Source: a phage
Sequence record: PZ229304.1
Length of the DNA stretch: 64,000 nt
Reading direction: 5' to 3' (one strand)
The position numbers and the translations under genes are program-made. The notes beneath the pieces were generated by a model. That model had not been told where the DNA came from. It did not search any database and saw only the letters and a program-made list of their open reading frames with translations. Every line of letters begins with the position of its first letter. Position 1 is the stretch's first letter. Below are positions 55,739 to 64,000 of this stretch, piece by piece.

Positions 55739-56728
55739 TTAAACTTTATTTTCCCACCACTCTTTGTTATCTACATACCAATCAATGGTTGAATAAAGTT
55801 TTTCTTCAAATGTGCCTTTAGCTTTCCACCCTAATTCCTTTTCAATCTTATAAGGATTCACTTCATATCTTAAATCATGCCCAGGCCTATCTGTAACCAT
55901 CTCAATGAGGCTACAAGCATCTGTTTCAGATGGATATACCGCATCCATATAATCACAAATCATATAGATTACATCAATATTAGTTCTAGGGTTTCTGCTC
56001 CCAATATTATATGTCTCTCCAGATTTGCCTTTAGTTACTACTAGGTGTAATGCCTCTGCGTGATCGTCAACGTATAACCAGTCTCTTACTTGAAGACCAT
56101 TACCATAAACAGGGATTGGTTTATGCATTAAGATATTTGTTATCGTTTTAGGTATTAGTTTTTCTGGATGATGATATGCTCCAAAATTATTTGAACAATT
56201 TGTTATAACTGTCGGAATACCATAAGTACGATGCCACGCTCTTACCAAATGATCGCTTGCAGCTTTAGATGCAGCATATGGACTACTTGGTTTATAAGGA
56301 TTCTGTTCTGTAAACGGATAATCTCCTTCTTCCAGATCACCATATACTTCATCTGTTGAAATATGATGGAACATTTTAAGATTTGATTTATCTCCCATTA
56401 AACGAACAGCTTCTAGAAGATTAAATGTCCCAACAATATTTGAATTTATAAAAACACTCGGTGATGCTATTGAATTATCTACGTGACTCTCTGCTGCAAG
56501 ATGCATTATATAATCTGGATTAACATCTGCCACAATCTTAGCAGTTAACTGCGCATTTGTCAAGTCAACACGACAAAACTTTACATTAGGTGTTTCTGAT
56601 AAATTCCTAGGGTCTGAAGCGTAACCCCATTTATCTATAACGTAAATATCATTCTTAGTATTTTTAGCTAGGAAACGAACTACCGCACTTCCAATAAAGC
56701 CTAAACCACCTGTTACTAAGTATTTCAT
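55739..56728 (-). CDS. rmlB: dTDP-glucose 4,6-dehydratase
   Basis: [10 protein letters not shown]-terminus and SDR-extended YxxxK (YAASKAASD). Confidence 0.85.
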   Translation of the reverse strand: MKYLVTGGLGFIGSAVVRFLAKNTKNDIYVIDKWGYASDPRNLSETPNVKFCRVDLTNAQLTAKIVADVNPDYIMHLAAESHVDNSIASPSVFINSNIVGTFNLLEAVRLMGDKSNLKMFHHISTDEVYGDLEEGDYPFTEQNPYKPSSPYAASKAASDHLVRAWHRTYGIPTVITNCSNNFGAYHHPEKLIPKTITNILMHKPIPVYGNGLQVRDWLYVDDHAEALHLVVTKGKSGETYNIGSRNPRTNIDVIYMICDYMDAVYPSETDACSLIEMVTDRPGHDLRYEVNPYKIEKELGWKAKGTFEEKLYSTIDWYVDNKEWWENKV

Positions 56729-56922
56729 TTAGTCTCCTTCCAATTATTCCCTTCAGTAAAAATAATACCTTCATAAAACAACCATCTGGAACCTTTTTCA
56801 ACAGGAACAGGAAGCTCTTCTTCAGTAAAGTTATAAACCTCTCTAGCATCTTCTAAAAGTGATGCAAATGTTTTTGGACTTACTGTTACGCGAGGAGCAT
56901 TGATCAGTTGATCTAGCATCAT
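56725..56922 (-). CDS. small hypothetical protein
   Basis: Trimmed to ATG 56922 (AAGGAGGA RBS). Confidence 0.35.
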   Translation of the reverse strand: MMLDQLINAPRVTVSPKTFASLLEDAREVYNFTEEELPVPVEKGSRWLFYEGIIFTEGNNWKETK

Positions 56923-56935
56923 TCTACTATCCTCC

Positions 56936-57262
56936 TTACCAAACGTGTTGAGAAATAATAGTTTCCGTTTCAATGTTATATTTTTCAAGAAGTTGTGCAT
57001 AGGCTTCTTTTGCATTTTTATTTAGTTGCTCAAGATCTACAGCTACACTTCCTTCGCCACCTTCTAAATAAATGCCATATATGCAATAAGATTCATCAGC
57101 GTCATAGAAAGGAGAGATACGACTTAAATCAAGACCTTCTTGTAAGAACCAGTTAAAGTCTCCATCAAATTCTTCTTCAACTCTAGGATCTTCTCCTACA
57201 GCTTCTTCCCATTTATTAAAAGGTGCGCCCTGTAACATACGCCATTCAATATTAGTCCCCAT
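56936..57262 (-). CDS. hypothetical protein
   Basis: 108-aa track ORF. Confidence 0.45.
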   Translation of the reverse strand: MGTNIEWRMLQGAPFNKWEEAVGEDPRVEEEFDGDFNWFLQEGLDLSRISPFYDADESYCIYGIYLEGGEGSVAVDLEQLNKNAKEAYAQLLEKYNIETETIISQHVW

Positions 57263-57394
57263 TATCTTCCTCTTCTTCTTCAGTATGAACGAAACCTAAA
57301 CCGTTACAATTCCAACAAGGAATAAATTGTTCCATACTAACAATAAAATTCCCAGTACCACCGCAGATAGGACAAATACTTACATCATCCATTA

Positions 57395-57601
57395 TTAAAG
57401 CTCCTCAATCTTTTCTAACATCTGTTTTAACTCATTCTCTGTTAACAGAATTTCTGTGATACCATCATAAGTTTCCACCATCAGAGTAAAACATTTCTCT
57501 CCATCTGAACACACAAAAGCACCACCTTCATCTTCTGTTAAGTCAGAATTAATATCTACATCAACAAAATCAATCATCTTTTTCTCCTTTGATAATTTCA
57601 A
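57395..57601 (-). CDS. hypothetical acidic protein
   Basis: 68-aa track ORF. Confidence 0.4.
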   Translation of the reverse strand: MKLSKEKKMIDFVDVDINSDLTEDEGGAFVCSDGEKCFTLMVETYDGITEILLTENELKQMLEKIEEL

Positions 57602-57788
57602 ACTTGGCTACACCATTAACTATAATGTGACCGCAAGACATAACTCCTAGCCAATGATCACCATTCTTTTTTAAACGTTTACCGTAAACATCACAGAAAC
57701 CATTCTGTAATTCGGAAGCCTCATAAGAGGCTCCCTTTTCGAAAACGTCTTTGAAGTCAGAAATTAATCCAACACAAAGTAGTTTCAT
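57570..57788 (-). CDS. hypothetical protein
   Basis: 72-aa track ORF. Confidence 0.4.
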   Translation of the reverse strand: MKLLCVGLISDFKDVFEKGASYEASELQNGFCDVYGKRLKKNGDHWLGVMSCGHIIVNGVAKFEIIKGEKDD

Positions 57789-58873
57789 TAAAAATCTAAC
57801 TCCTCGTCATCACTTACATCTTTATTTGCTGAATTCAGTTTGTAAGCTGTAATTTGGATCTCCTGTGCTGCTGCTTGAATTTGATCTGGATTTAACCAAA
57901 CATCCATCCAAGGCAGTGGACTTTTCTTCGGTGCACGGAATTTGTGTTTCATTTTCAGTCTGCGATAGATAGGCGCAGCATTGAAGTAAACCCAAAGTTT
58001 GAACAGCTCTGCGTTACCACCAACGATAATCCTTCCTTCACTAAACAGATAGTCACACCAATCTTCCTCTTGTCCAACTACCGTGTCAAGAATTGCTGTC
58101 AGAACGTCGATATTATCTTCGTATACTTTTCTCCAGACAGGATCTTTCAGCAATGCATCAATAATAGCATAATCCATTTTAACGTGCAATAGTTCATCCA
58201 ACATAATTTTTTGAATGAGTTTAGCTGCACCTACAAACAGTTGCTGCTCTGCTAAGGCAAATGTTGCAGCAAAAGATGATATGAATTGAATGCCTTCCAG
58301 ACCGATAAGTGCAATCATTCCTTTCAGAATCAGTAGACGAAGGTTATCATCCTTCTCAATCAGACCTAGAGCATACTTATGCCCTGCCTCTGCCAGATCA
58401 CTCATTATCTCTTCAACTATACCCATCCTCTGGAAGATTCTTTCGTTCTCCATAATCTGATCGATAACTTCATTTGGATTAGGGATACACTGACGAATAA
58501 TTTCAGAATATGTCAAAGCGTGTAAAACTTCCATTTCTGATTGCTTCATCATCATTGCACATGCTTCGTTGTTGCTTAAAAATGGTGCAAACAAAGTGAT
58601 GATTGATTTAGCAAGTGAATCATTTTCCCATTGGAAAGATAGGTTTTTGATCATAACATCATAGTTGCTTTTAGAACAAGCTACGAAATCTTTTCGTGTC
58701 TGATCTAAGTTTACTTCGTTTTCATCCCAATCTTGCTGTTTTTGTAGTTTGTACAGACGATGCATTTCTGGGTATGTTACATTAATAGAATCAAAAATAC
58801 CTAACTGTTCTCCCAAAAACACAGGGTAGAAACCTTCTTTGTAAGTGTCGTTGTATAAGTTAATTGCTGCCAT
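57788..58873 (-). CDS. nrdB: ribonucleotide reductase class Ia beta subunit
   Basis: Ferritin-like di-iron protein of NrdB length with EMEVLHALTYSEI-type iron-ligand region. Confidence 0.8.
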   Translation of the reverse strand: MAAINLYNDTYKEGFYPVFLGEQLGIFDSINVTYPEMHRLYKLQKQQDWDENEVNLDQTRKDFVACSKSNYDVMIKNLSFQWENDSLAKSIITLFAPFLSNNEACAMMMKQSEMEVLHALTYSEIIRQCIPNPNEVIDQIMENERIFQRMGIVEEIMSDLAEAGHKYALGLIEKDDNLRLLILKGMIALIGLEGIQFISSFAATFALAEQQLFVGAAKLIQKIMLDELLHVKMDYAIIDALLKDPVWRKVYEDNIDVLTAILDTVVGQEEDWCDYLFSEGRIIVGGNAELFKLWVYFNAAPIYRRLKMKHKFRAPKKSPLPWMDVWLNPDQIQAAAQEIQITAYKLNSANKDVSDDEELDF

Positions 58874-59195
58874 TTAAATCCTCCACAATATCGCACATTG
58901 CTTTTATTGTATCAATGTGTTCTCTCTCCATACCATGCTCTATGTAAGCCTTCTCTAATGCGTCCCATACACTCTTTGTGAGTAGTACAGTAACCTCTCC
59001 CTCATACCTTGCCCTGGTTAAAGCATACCAGGTAGCTATGGGATCATTGGAAGCCCATATTTCAACACTGGAAAATTGAAAACCTGCAATATAATTGCAA
59101 CACCAATCGAATGTAAAATCTTTACTATCTACCAGTGTATAATTTCCCCAACGCCTTTGTGGTGTTGCTCCAGGTAATACAACTAATGTAGGCAT
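58860..59195 (-). CDS. hypothetical protein
   Basis: Trimmed to ATG 59195 (AGGAGGA RBS). Confidence 0.4.
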   Translation of the reverse strand: MPTLVVLPGATPQRRWGNYTLVDSKDFTFDWCCNYIAGFQFSSVEIWASNDPIATWYALTRARYEGEVTVLLTKSVWDALEKAYIEHGMEREHIDTIKAMCDIVEDLNGSN

Positions 59196-59204
59196 ATTCC
59201 TCCT

Positions 59205-59232
59205 TAAGAAAGGGGGACAAAGCCCCCTAGTT
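59205..59232 (-). terminator. intrinsic terminator or attenuator between nrdA and downstream genes
   Basis: AGGGGGACAAAGCCCCCT hairpin with T-run on the minus strand, immediately after the nrdA stop. Confidence 0.5.
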
Positions 59233-59235
59233 TCA

Positions 59236-61497
59236 TTACATCTTACAAGCCTCACAACCGGATTCTTCATCCTCTTGAGCGAGTGAGGTTGCCGATTTTG
59301 TTCTACTATTTAGATAGTACAAAGATTTACCACCAAGTTTTGCAAACTGAAGGATATATTGCATTTCTGATTTAATGGATAAACGACCACCTTCCATCTT
59401 AGAGTAGTCAATCCACTTATCACATGATGCACCTTGATCTAAGAATTTAGTCAACAGGCCATATGCTTCAGCCATATCTTTATCTGGCGTATCCCAAGCC
59501 GATTGGTAAATATCTTTTAGTTTATCGTAATCTGGCACAATAAACAGAACATTACCTTTTTGGCTTTGTTTATAAACTATAGTATCTCGTACAGGATACA
59601 CAGAGTTAGTCGTATTACTTACAAGACTACTGGACTCATTTGGAGCAATAGCTGCTAATACGCTATTTCGGATACCACCTTGTGCAATGATATCTTGTCG
59701 TAAACCTTCCCAATCCATTTTAAGTTTAAAATTGCCGATATCGTCTACAGCTTTAGCGTAGGTATCAATAGGCAACCATCCTTCAGGCCACTTGGTTTTA
59801 TGCATCCATTCTGCATTACCTTTCTCTTTTGCCAAACGAAGAGAAGCTCTTGCTAACCAGTAATAATGTCTTTCTGCTAATTCGTGAATTAGTTTTTTGC
59901 CGTAAGGATCTGAGTAAGTAACAAAATTACTTGCCAGATAATGTGCAAGGTTTGTAATACCTACGCCGATAGACCTACGTGCTTTAGCAGTGATTTCGTT
60001 ATGTTTAAACGGATACTGCATTGTTTCAATAACATTATCAATAGTCAGAACGGTATAATATGCAACATCTTCATATTCTTCTGGTGTAACACGACCAGCT
60101 ACAATAGAAGACAGGAAGCATAATGCCAATTCTTGATCTTCTGTATTCTCACCTGTGAAAAGATCAGTCATATTGTGAAATGCTTTCGTAGGTAAGAAAA
60201 TTTCTTGGCACAAGTTTGACTGGTAAATAACATCCTTAAACGGAGTATGCTTATTAGCATTATCCGCAAAGAACATATAAATACGTCCTGTCTCTGCTCT
60301 TTGTGTAATAATTTCTGCCAGAAGATCTCGTGCTTTTACAAACTTCTTCTTAATTCGTTTGCGACTAACTTTTTCATATACTTCTTCAAACTCTTCCTCG
60401 CTTTTATAAAGCGCCTCATAGAGTTCTGGTGCTTCGTCATAACTGACTAGCATCCAATCTTTACCTTTTGCTGCACGGCGCAGGAAAGCATTGTTTACTA
60501 CAATAGAGTAATCAAGTTTATCTACTCGTTTTTCACTAACAGTAGTTGGATTTTTCAAACGTACCAGATCTTCAAAATCAGGTTCTAATATTGTAAACGT
60601 TACTGTTGCACTTCCACCACGGCTTGCTTGTTTTGATGCTCCAACACTTGTTTCCATCCATTTCAGATATGGTAAAAGACCACCGTGAACGATACGGTTG
60701 TTCTTAACACCTTGTCCTGTAGCACGGGTTTGGAGGTTAACACCAATACCTGCATTATTCAATGTATATTCATGAGCAAGATAGTTAGCAATTGCTAAAG
60801 ATTCTGCTGTATCATCTGCTCTAAACAGACAACAAGAAGCACTACCTTTAATCTTAGTACGCAAAGTTGTTAAATAAGGCGATGGTAAATTAATCTTAAG
60901 ATCACTTACGTAGGTATATAGACGTTTAATGTCTTCTACTCTGCGATCTTTTGGTTGAATTTCCATTACCTTCATTGCTACACCAATGAATAAAAACTGT
61001 GGTGATTCAAAAACAACATCATTGATCGCATCTTTCACAAGATACTTATCAACCATCTGGCGCAGTACGGAATAACCATAAGTTAGGTTTTTATCGTGAT
61101 TGACAATTTTACCAATCTCAATAATTTCTTCTTCTGTATAATCCATTTTTCCCCAATAGCCTTTACTTACAGACATATTGTAGAAATCCAGGAGGGAGGG
61201 GATATTGTGATATCCCCCATGAGCCTGTTTATAAATCATACCAAGAAGTAACCGACCTGCCATATCACTATATGCCTGATCTTTCTTATCAATACATGCT
61301 GCTATCATAGCTTTATGTAAATCACGAGTAGGCACACCGTCGTAACAACGTTTAACAGCTTCGAGTTCAATTTCAGACCAATTTAATTTACCAGCAGCAA
61401 ACTCTGACCATTTACGAAGTTTTTCTGGATTAAATTCTTCTTTCTTGCCGTTTGTTTTTGTTACATAACGGATAGATTTGCTTAGATACTGAGTCAC
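59236..61497 (-). CDS. nrdA: ribonucleotide reductase class Ia alpha subunit
   Basis: 753-aa ORF with NLCQEI and C-terminal CEACK Cys pair; adjacent to nrdB and glutaredoxin. Confidence 0.85.
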   Translation of the reverse strand: MTQYLSKSIRYVTKTNGKKEEFNPEKLRKWSEFAAGKLNWSEIELEAVKRCYDGVPTRDLHKAMIAACIDKKDQAYSDMAGRLLLGMIYKQAHGGYHNIPSLLDFYNMSVSKGYWGKMDYTEEEIIEIGKIVNHDKNLTYGYSVLRQMVDKYLVKDAINDVVFESPQFLFIGVAMKVMEIQPKDRRVEDIKRLYTYVSDLKINLPSPYLTTLRTKIKGSASCCLFRADDTAESLAIANYLAHEYTLNNAGIGVNLQTRATGQGVKNNRIVHGGLLPYLKWMETSVGASKQASRGGSATVTFTILEPDFEDLVRLKNPTTVSEKRVDKLDYSIVVNNAFLRRAAKGKDWMLVSYDEAPELYEALYKSEEEFEEVYEKVSRKRIKKKFVKARDLLAEIITQRAETGRIYMFFADNANKHTPFKDVIYQSNLCQEIFLPTKAFHNMTDLFTGENTEDQELALCFLSSIVAGRVTPEEYEDVAYYTVLTIDNVIETMQYPFKHNEITAKARRSIGVGITNLAHYLASNFVTYSDPYGKKLIHELAERHYYWLARASLRLAKEKGNAEWMHKTKWPEGWLPIDTYAKAVDDIGNFKLKMDWEGLRQDIIAQGGIRNSVLAAIAPNESSSLVSNTTNSVYPVRDTIVYKQSQKGNVLFIVPDYDKLKDIYQSAWDTPDKDMAEAYGLLTKFLDQGASCDKWIDYSKMEGGRLSIKSEMQYILQFAKLGGKSLYYLNSRTKSATSLAQEDEESGCEACKM

Positions 61498-61508
61498 TTC
61501 CTCTCCTA

Positions 61509-61757
61509 TTAATTATGCATATTTAGAACATCTACATCATAACCGCCACGCATCTCATTATATAAGCCATTTGCGTATAGAAAACCTTCAAAATGATCTA
61601 TACCTTCAAAACCTTTTGCCTTTGCTTTGCGGTCTGCTTCTTGTCTTTTTGGGGATAATCTTTTAGATGTATCAAGGATAACTGTTACATTGCAACCTAA
61701 TGTTTCATCAAAATAGACTTCAATTTCACAGCCTTCATATTTATTACTTTCTGTCAT
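61509..61757 (-). CDS. hypothetical protein
   Basis: Trimmed from TTG to ATG at 61757 (GAGAGG RBS). Confidence 0.4.
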   Translation of the reverse strand: MTESNKYEGCEIEVYFDETLGCNVTVILDTSKRLSPKRQEADRKAKAKGFEGIDHFEGFLYANGLYNEMRGGYDVDVLNMHN

Positions 61758-61769
61758 TTGGCCTCTCAA

Positions 61770-62180
61770 TTAGAATTCAGAATCATCATCTCGTGATGGA
61801 TCATGTTCATTTCCGAAGTCTTCCATTTTGATATGAGAGCTACCCCAACCTGTAAAATCTTCTTCTCCAAAGTGCAAAATATCCACACCTTGATAGATTC
61901 GCTTATATTTATAGTCTTGTCGAACTGGGAAAGTATACAATGTAGTATTTGCAAACACCACACGTCGATTGTTGTTACTACGAATATTAACACCACGTTC
62001 TACTGTATAATGTCCATCGGTAGACATACCAAGCATTACTAATGCTGCTCGCAATGTAGTGTTATGATACTCGTGAGGAATTTTTCCTCCGTGCTTTTTA
62101 GCCATTTCTTTCCAGATCGGTGTAGCCTTAATGGTAGACATACTTACGGTCGCCCAAATGGTTGTATTAATTAGTGACAT
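61770..62180 (-). CDS. hypothetical protein
   Basis: 136-aa track ORF. Confidence 0.45.
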   Translation of the reverse strand: MSLINTTIWATVSMSTIKATPIWKEMAKKHGGKIPHEYHNTTLRAALVMLGMSTDGHYTVERGVNIRSNNNRRVVFANTTLYTFPVRQDYKYKRIYQGVDILHFGEEDFTGWGSSHIKMEDFGNEHDPSRDDDSEF

Positions 62181-62277
62181 AAATTCTCCTTCTCTCTTTT
62201 AAGGAGAGCATAGCTCTCCTAACGTTAGCCTATACTACACGAATCTCAATTAAAAGTCAACTATAATTTTAAGTTGA

Positions 62278-63249
62278 TCACCATTTTGTATGATTAGTCA
62301 AAAGTTGACGATGTTGAATCCAACCACAGAAGTTTCCACTCCACAAACGATGTTTACGATCCATATGTGTAATACCTTCCTCCCAAGAAGAAGGGAACGG
62401 AGGCATATTAATACCATCTTTCTGTTGTTTTAATCCTGACAGATCCATTTCTTTCATTGGCGTTGCCTGGTGTTCAAACGGAGATGCATGTACCTTTTGT
62501 CCAGACAGCAAACGAGAATAGATATCCAATGCTTTATCTTTAGTATCATTCAATTTACGATAACTTACCTGAGCGCAACAAGAAGCTGAAATAGCTTTTG
62601 CTTCCTCTTCTGTCAACATTTTCTCGTTGGAGAAGGTTTCACCCAAGAAATAACGGATCATACCAGTTTCTGGATCTCGATCACGATTAACGTAAGGTGT
62701 ATGCCATTCCCCTGGGAAAAGAAGATATGGTTCAGAAGATTCATACAGTTTTTTAATTTCTTTAGCAAGAGCCTCAATAGTAGGATCTGCATCAGCATCC
62801 ACGCGCAACCACAAGAAGTTTTCTAGCTCTGTAGTTGTTACTACAGTCTTCATACGTTGGAATGGTTCTAGTAGGCGGTTTGCAACCTGTTTATGATAAC
62901 CAGCAAGGGCAAACTCTTCTGCAAAACGTGCAGCACTTAGCGCAGCTAAGTCCCACCATTCTTTTGCAGTGTAACCTGCATCAATCAGGGCATCGTGATC
63001 TGTGCCTTTATCTTGCATACCTGGTTGGTTAGCACCAAAACGATAAGGACGTGCTGGAGATTGCCGTACCATTTCAATTAGAGTTTTAACAGGAATAGCT
63101 CGACTTGATGCGGCATTACGAGAAAACAAACGATGCGTCATCAATTCAGAGTGAATGATTCGGGGATATTCAAGTTCAAAGGTAACAATATCTTTACCTT
63201 CAGATGTTTGAGAGTGTGCAATAATTTTTGCTGAAATAGAATTTGTCAT
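62278..63249 (-). CDS. ThyX-like flavin-dependent thymidylate synthase homologue (atypical)
   Basis: THRLFSRNAASSR fits the ThyX RHR-x7-S signature except the first Arg is Thr; protein is longer than typical ThyX. Confidence 0.55.
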   Translation of the reverse strand: MTNSISAKIIAHSQTSEGKDIVTFELEYPRIIHSELMTHRLFSRNAASSRAIPVKTLIEMVRQSPARPYRFGANQPGMQDKGTDHDALIDAGYTAKEWWDLAALSAARFAEEFALAGYHKQVANRLLEPFQRMKTVVTTTELENFLWLRVDADADPTIEALAKEIKKLYESSEPYLLFPGEWHTPYVNRDRDPETGMIRYFLGETFSNEKMLTEEEAKAISASCCAQVSYRKLNDTKDKALDIYSRLLSGQKVHASPFEHQATPMKEMDLSGLKQQKDGINMPPFPSSWEEGITHMDRKHRLWSGNFCGWIQHRQLLTNHTKW

Positions 63250-63258
63250 TATTTCTCC

Positions 63259-63849
63259 TTAAGGTAGTAAAATACTTTCAATTTCTTCCCACTGATTATC
63301 TAAACCAGTGATAATTACATTAGGAAGTTTCTTTAACTCTTCCAAGTATGGATCTTCGTAAATAGTGTTGAAATATATTTTCAACGTTTCATCTGGAAAT
63401 AGGACAAGATTTTCAGCCCTATCGTCAATAGTTACGTCGCAAGGTAATAAGTATTTTTCTTTTGTTGCGAAAAAACCATTACCAGATGTTCTACTAAAAT
63501 CCACTTTATCTAAAGATCGTGTTACGTGTCTATATTTAGAACTAAGGTGTCCACCCTTAGTGTGGCTCGCTATAGATATATTAGCTCCATTTGCAATTAT
63601 ACGATGAACAACATCTGTACTATTAGGTACTACTCCCATAGTATCATATAGATGTTGGTTATCCCAAAAAGAGTAAGGATCTACACCAAATTGCTTTTTA
63701 AAATCAGGGAAATATTTCGTAATATCGTAGTGCACAGTTTTATGTGTCTTATCAAATTTGATATTAGATCTACTTACCGCATTTAACCAATTTAACCATT
63801 CTATATCTGCTGGAGCTATTACTAAATCCCAATCACATACTAGACGCAT
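63259..63849 (-). CDS. putative HAD-family 5'-deoxyribonucleotidase
   Basis: Trimmed from GTG at 63963 to ATG at 63849 (AGGAG RBS); N-terminal LVCDWDLV resembles the HAD DxD motif; weak. Confidence 0.35.
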   Translation of the reverse strand: MRLVCDWDLVIAPADIEWLNWLNAVSRSNIKFDKTHKTVHYDITKYFPDFKKQFGVDPYSFWDNQHLYDTMGVVPNSTDVVHRIIANGANISIASHTKGGHLSSKYRHVTRSLDKVDFSRTSGNGFFATKEKYLLPCDVTIDDRAENLVLFPDETLKIYFNTIYEDPYLEELKKLPNVIITGLDNQWEEIESILLP

Positions 63850-64000
63850 TATTTCTCCTGTTATAACATTTTCTACACATTGTTTCGTAAATGTCTTCTC
63901 CTCCAATAACAATCTGTTCTTTAGAGTCGATAAGTCTAGCATTGAAAATAGCTTTTCTTCCACATTTACAAATGCTTTTCAATTCTGTAATTGAATCTGC
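63833..64000 (-). CDS. tdk: thymidine kinase, C-terminal part; N-terminus lies beyond the window end
   Basis: Own translation of the minus strand from 64000: ..ITELKSICKCGRKAIFNARLIDSKEQIVIGGEDIYETMCRKCY.., the zinc-ribbon C-terminus typical of Tdk; stop at 63833-63835. Confidence 0.7.
   Translation of the reverse strand, partial: ADSITELKSICKCGRKAIFNARLIDSKEQIVIGGEDIYETMCRKCYNRRNNASSM

Overview
The window reads as an early/accessory region of a large virulent dsDNA phage, probably of an enterobacterial host; this is inferred from gene content and promoter style only, and no database search was run. Two long minus-strand blocks (1-12227 and 40960-64000) carry nucleotide-metabolism and DNA-transaction genes: NrdD (partial), NrdA/NrdB, glutaredoxin, a ThyX-like protein, a thymidine kinase C-terminus (partial), a T4-type lysozyme, PhoH, Ser/Thr phosphatase, C5- and N6-DNA methyltransferases, a Sir2-like protein, a serine recombinase, an HslV-like peptidase, a complete four-gene dTDP-L-rhamnose pathway (RmlABCD) and an intein-containing UvrD-like helicase. 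Between them lie plus-strand blocks: (i) an island at 12347-16754 with a DUF2829/Tad2-like fusion, an AAA+ ATPase, a zinc-ribbon-repeat protein with a GIY-YIG-like C-terminal domain, and a NADAR protein; (ii) non-coding hubs at 16755-17310 and 27630-29430 with tandem repeats, nested palindromes and near-consensus Fur-box-like sites; (iii) a visibly more GC-rich array (about 18200-27630) of roughly 20 small-gene cassettes, most with their own TTGACA-N16/17-TAnnnT promoter and a conserved 5' leader hairpin that shows compensatory stem changes; (iv) about 35 tightly packed AT-rich small genes (29429-40860) including three paralogue pairs. The best candidates for an undescribed system are the 12.3-16.8 kb island and the promoter-hairpin cassette array with its flanking Fur-like sites. 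No rRNA, CRISPR array or confident tRNA was seen by eye. Many track ORFs start at TTG/GTG; starts were trimmed to an internal ATG with a Shine-Dalgarno motif where that was clearly better. Coordinates include the stop codon.
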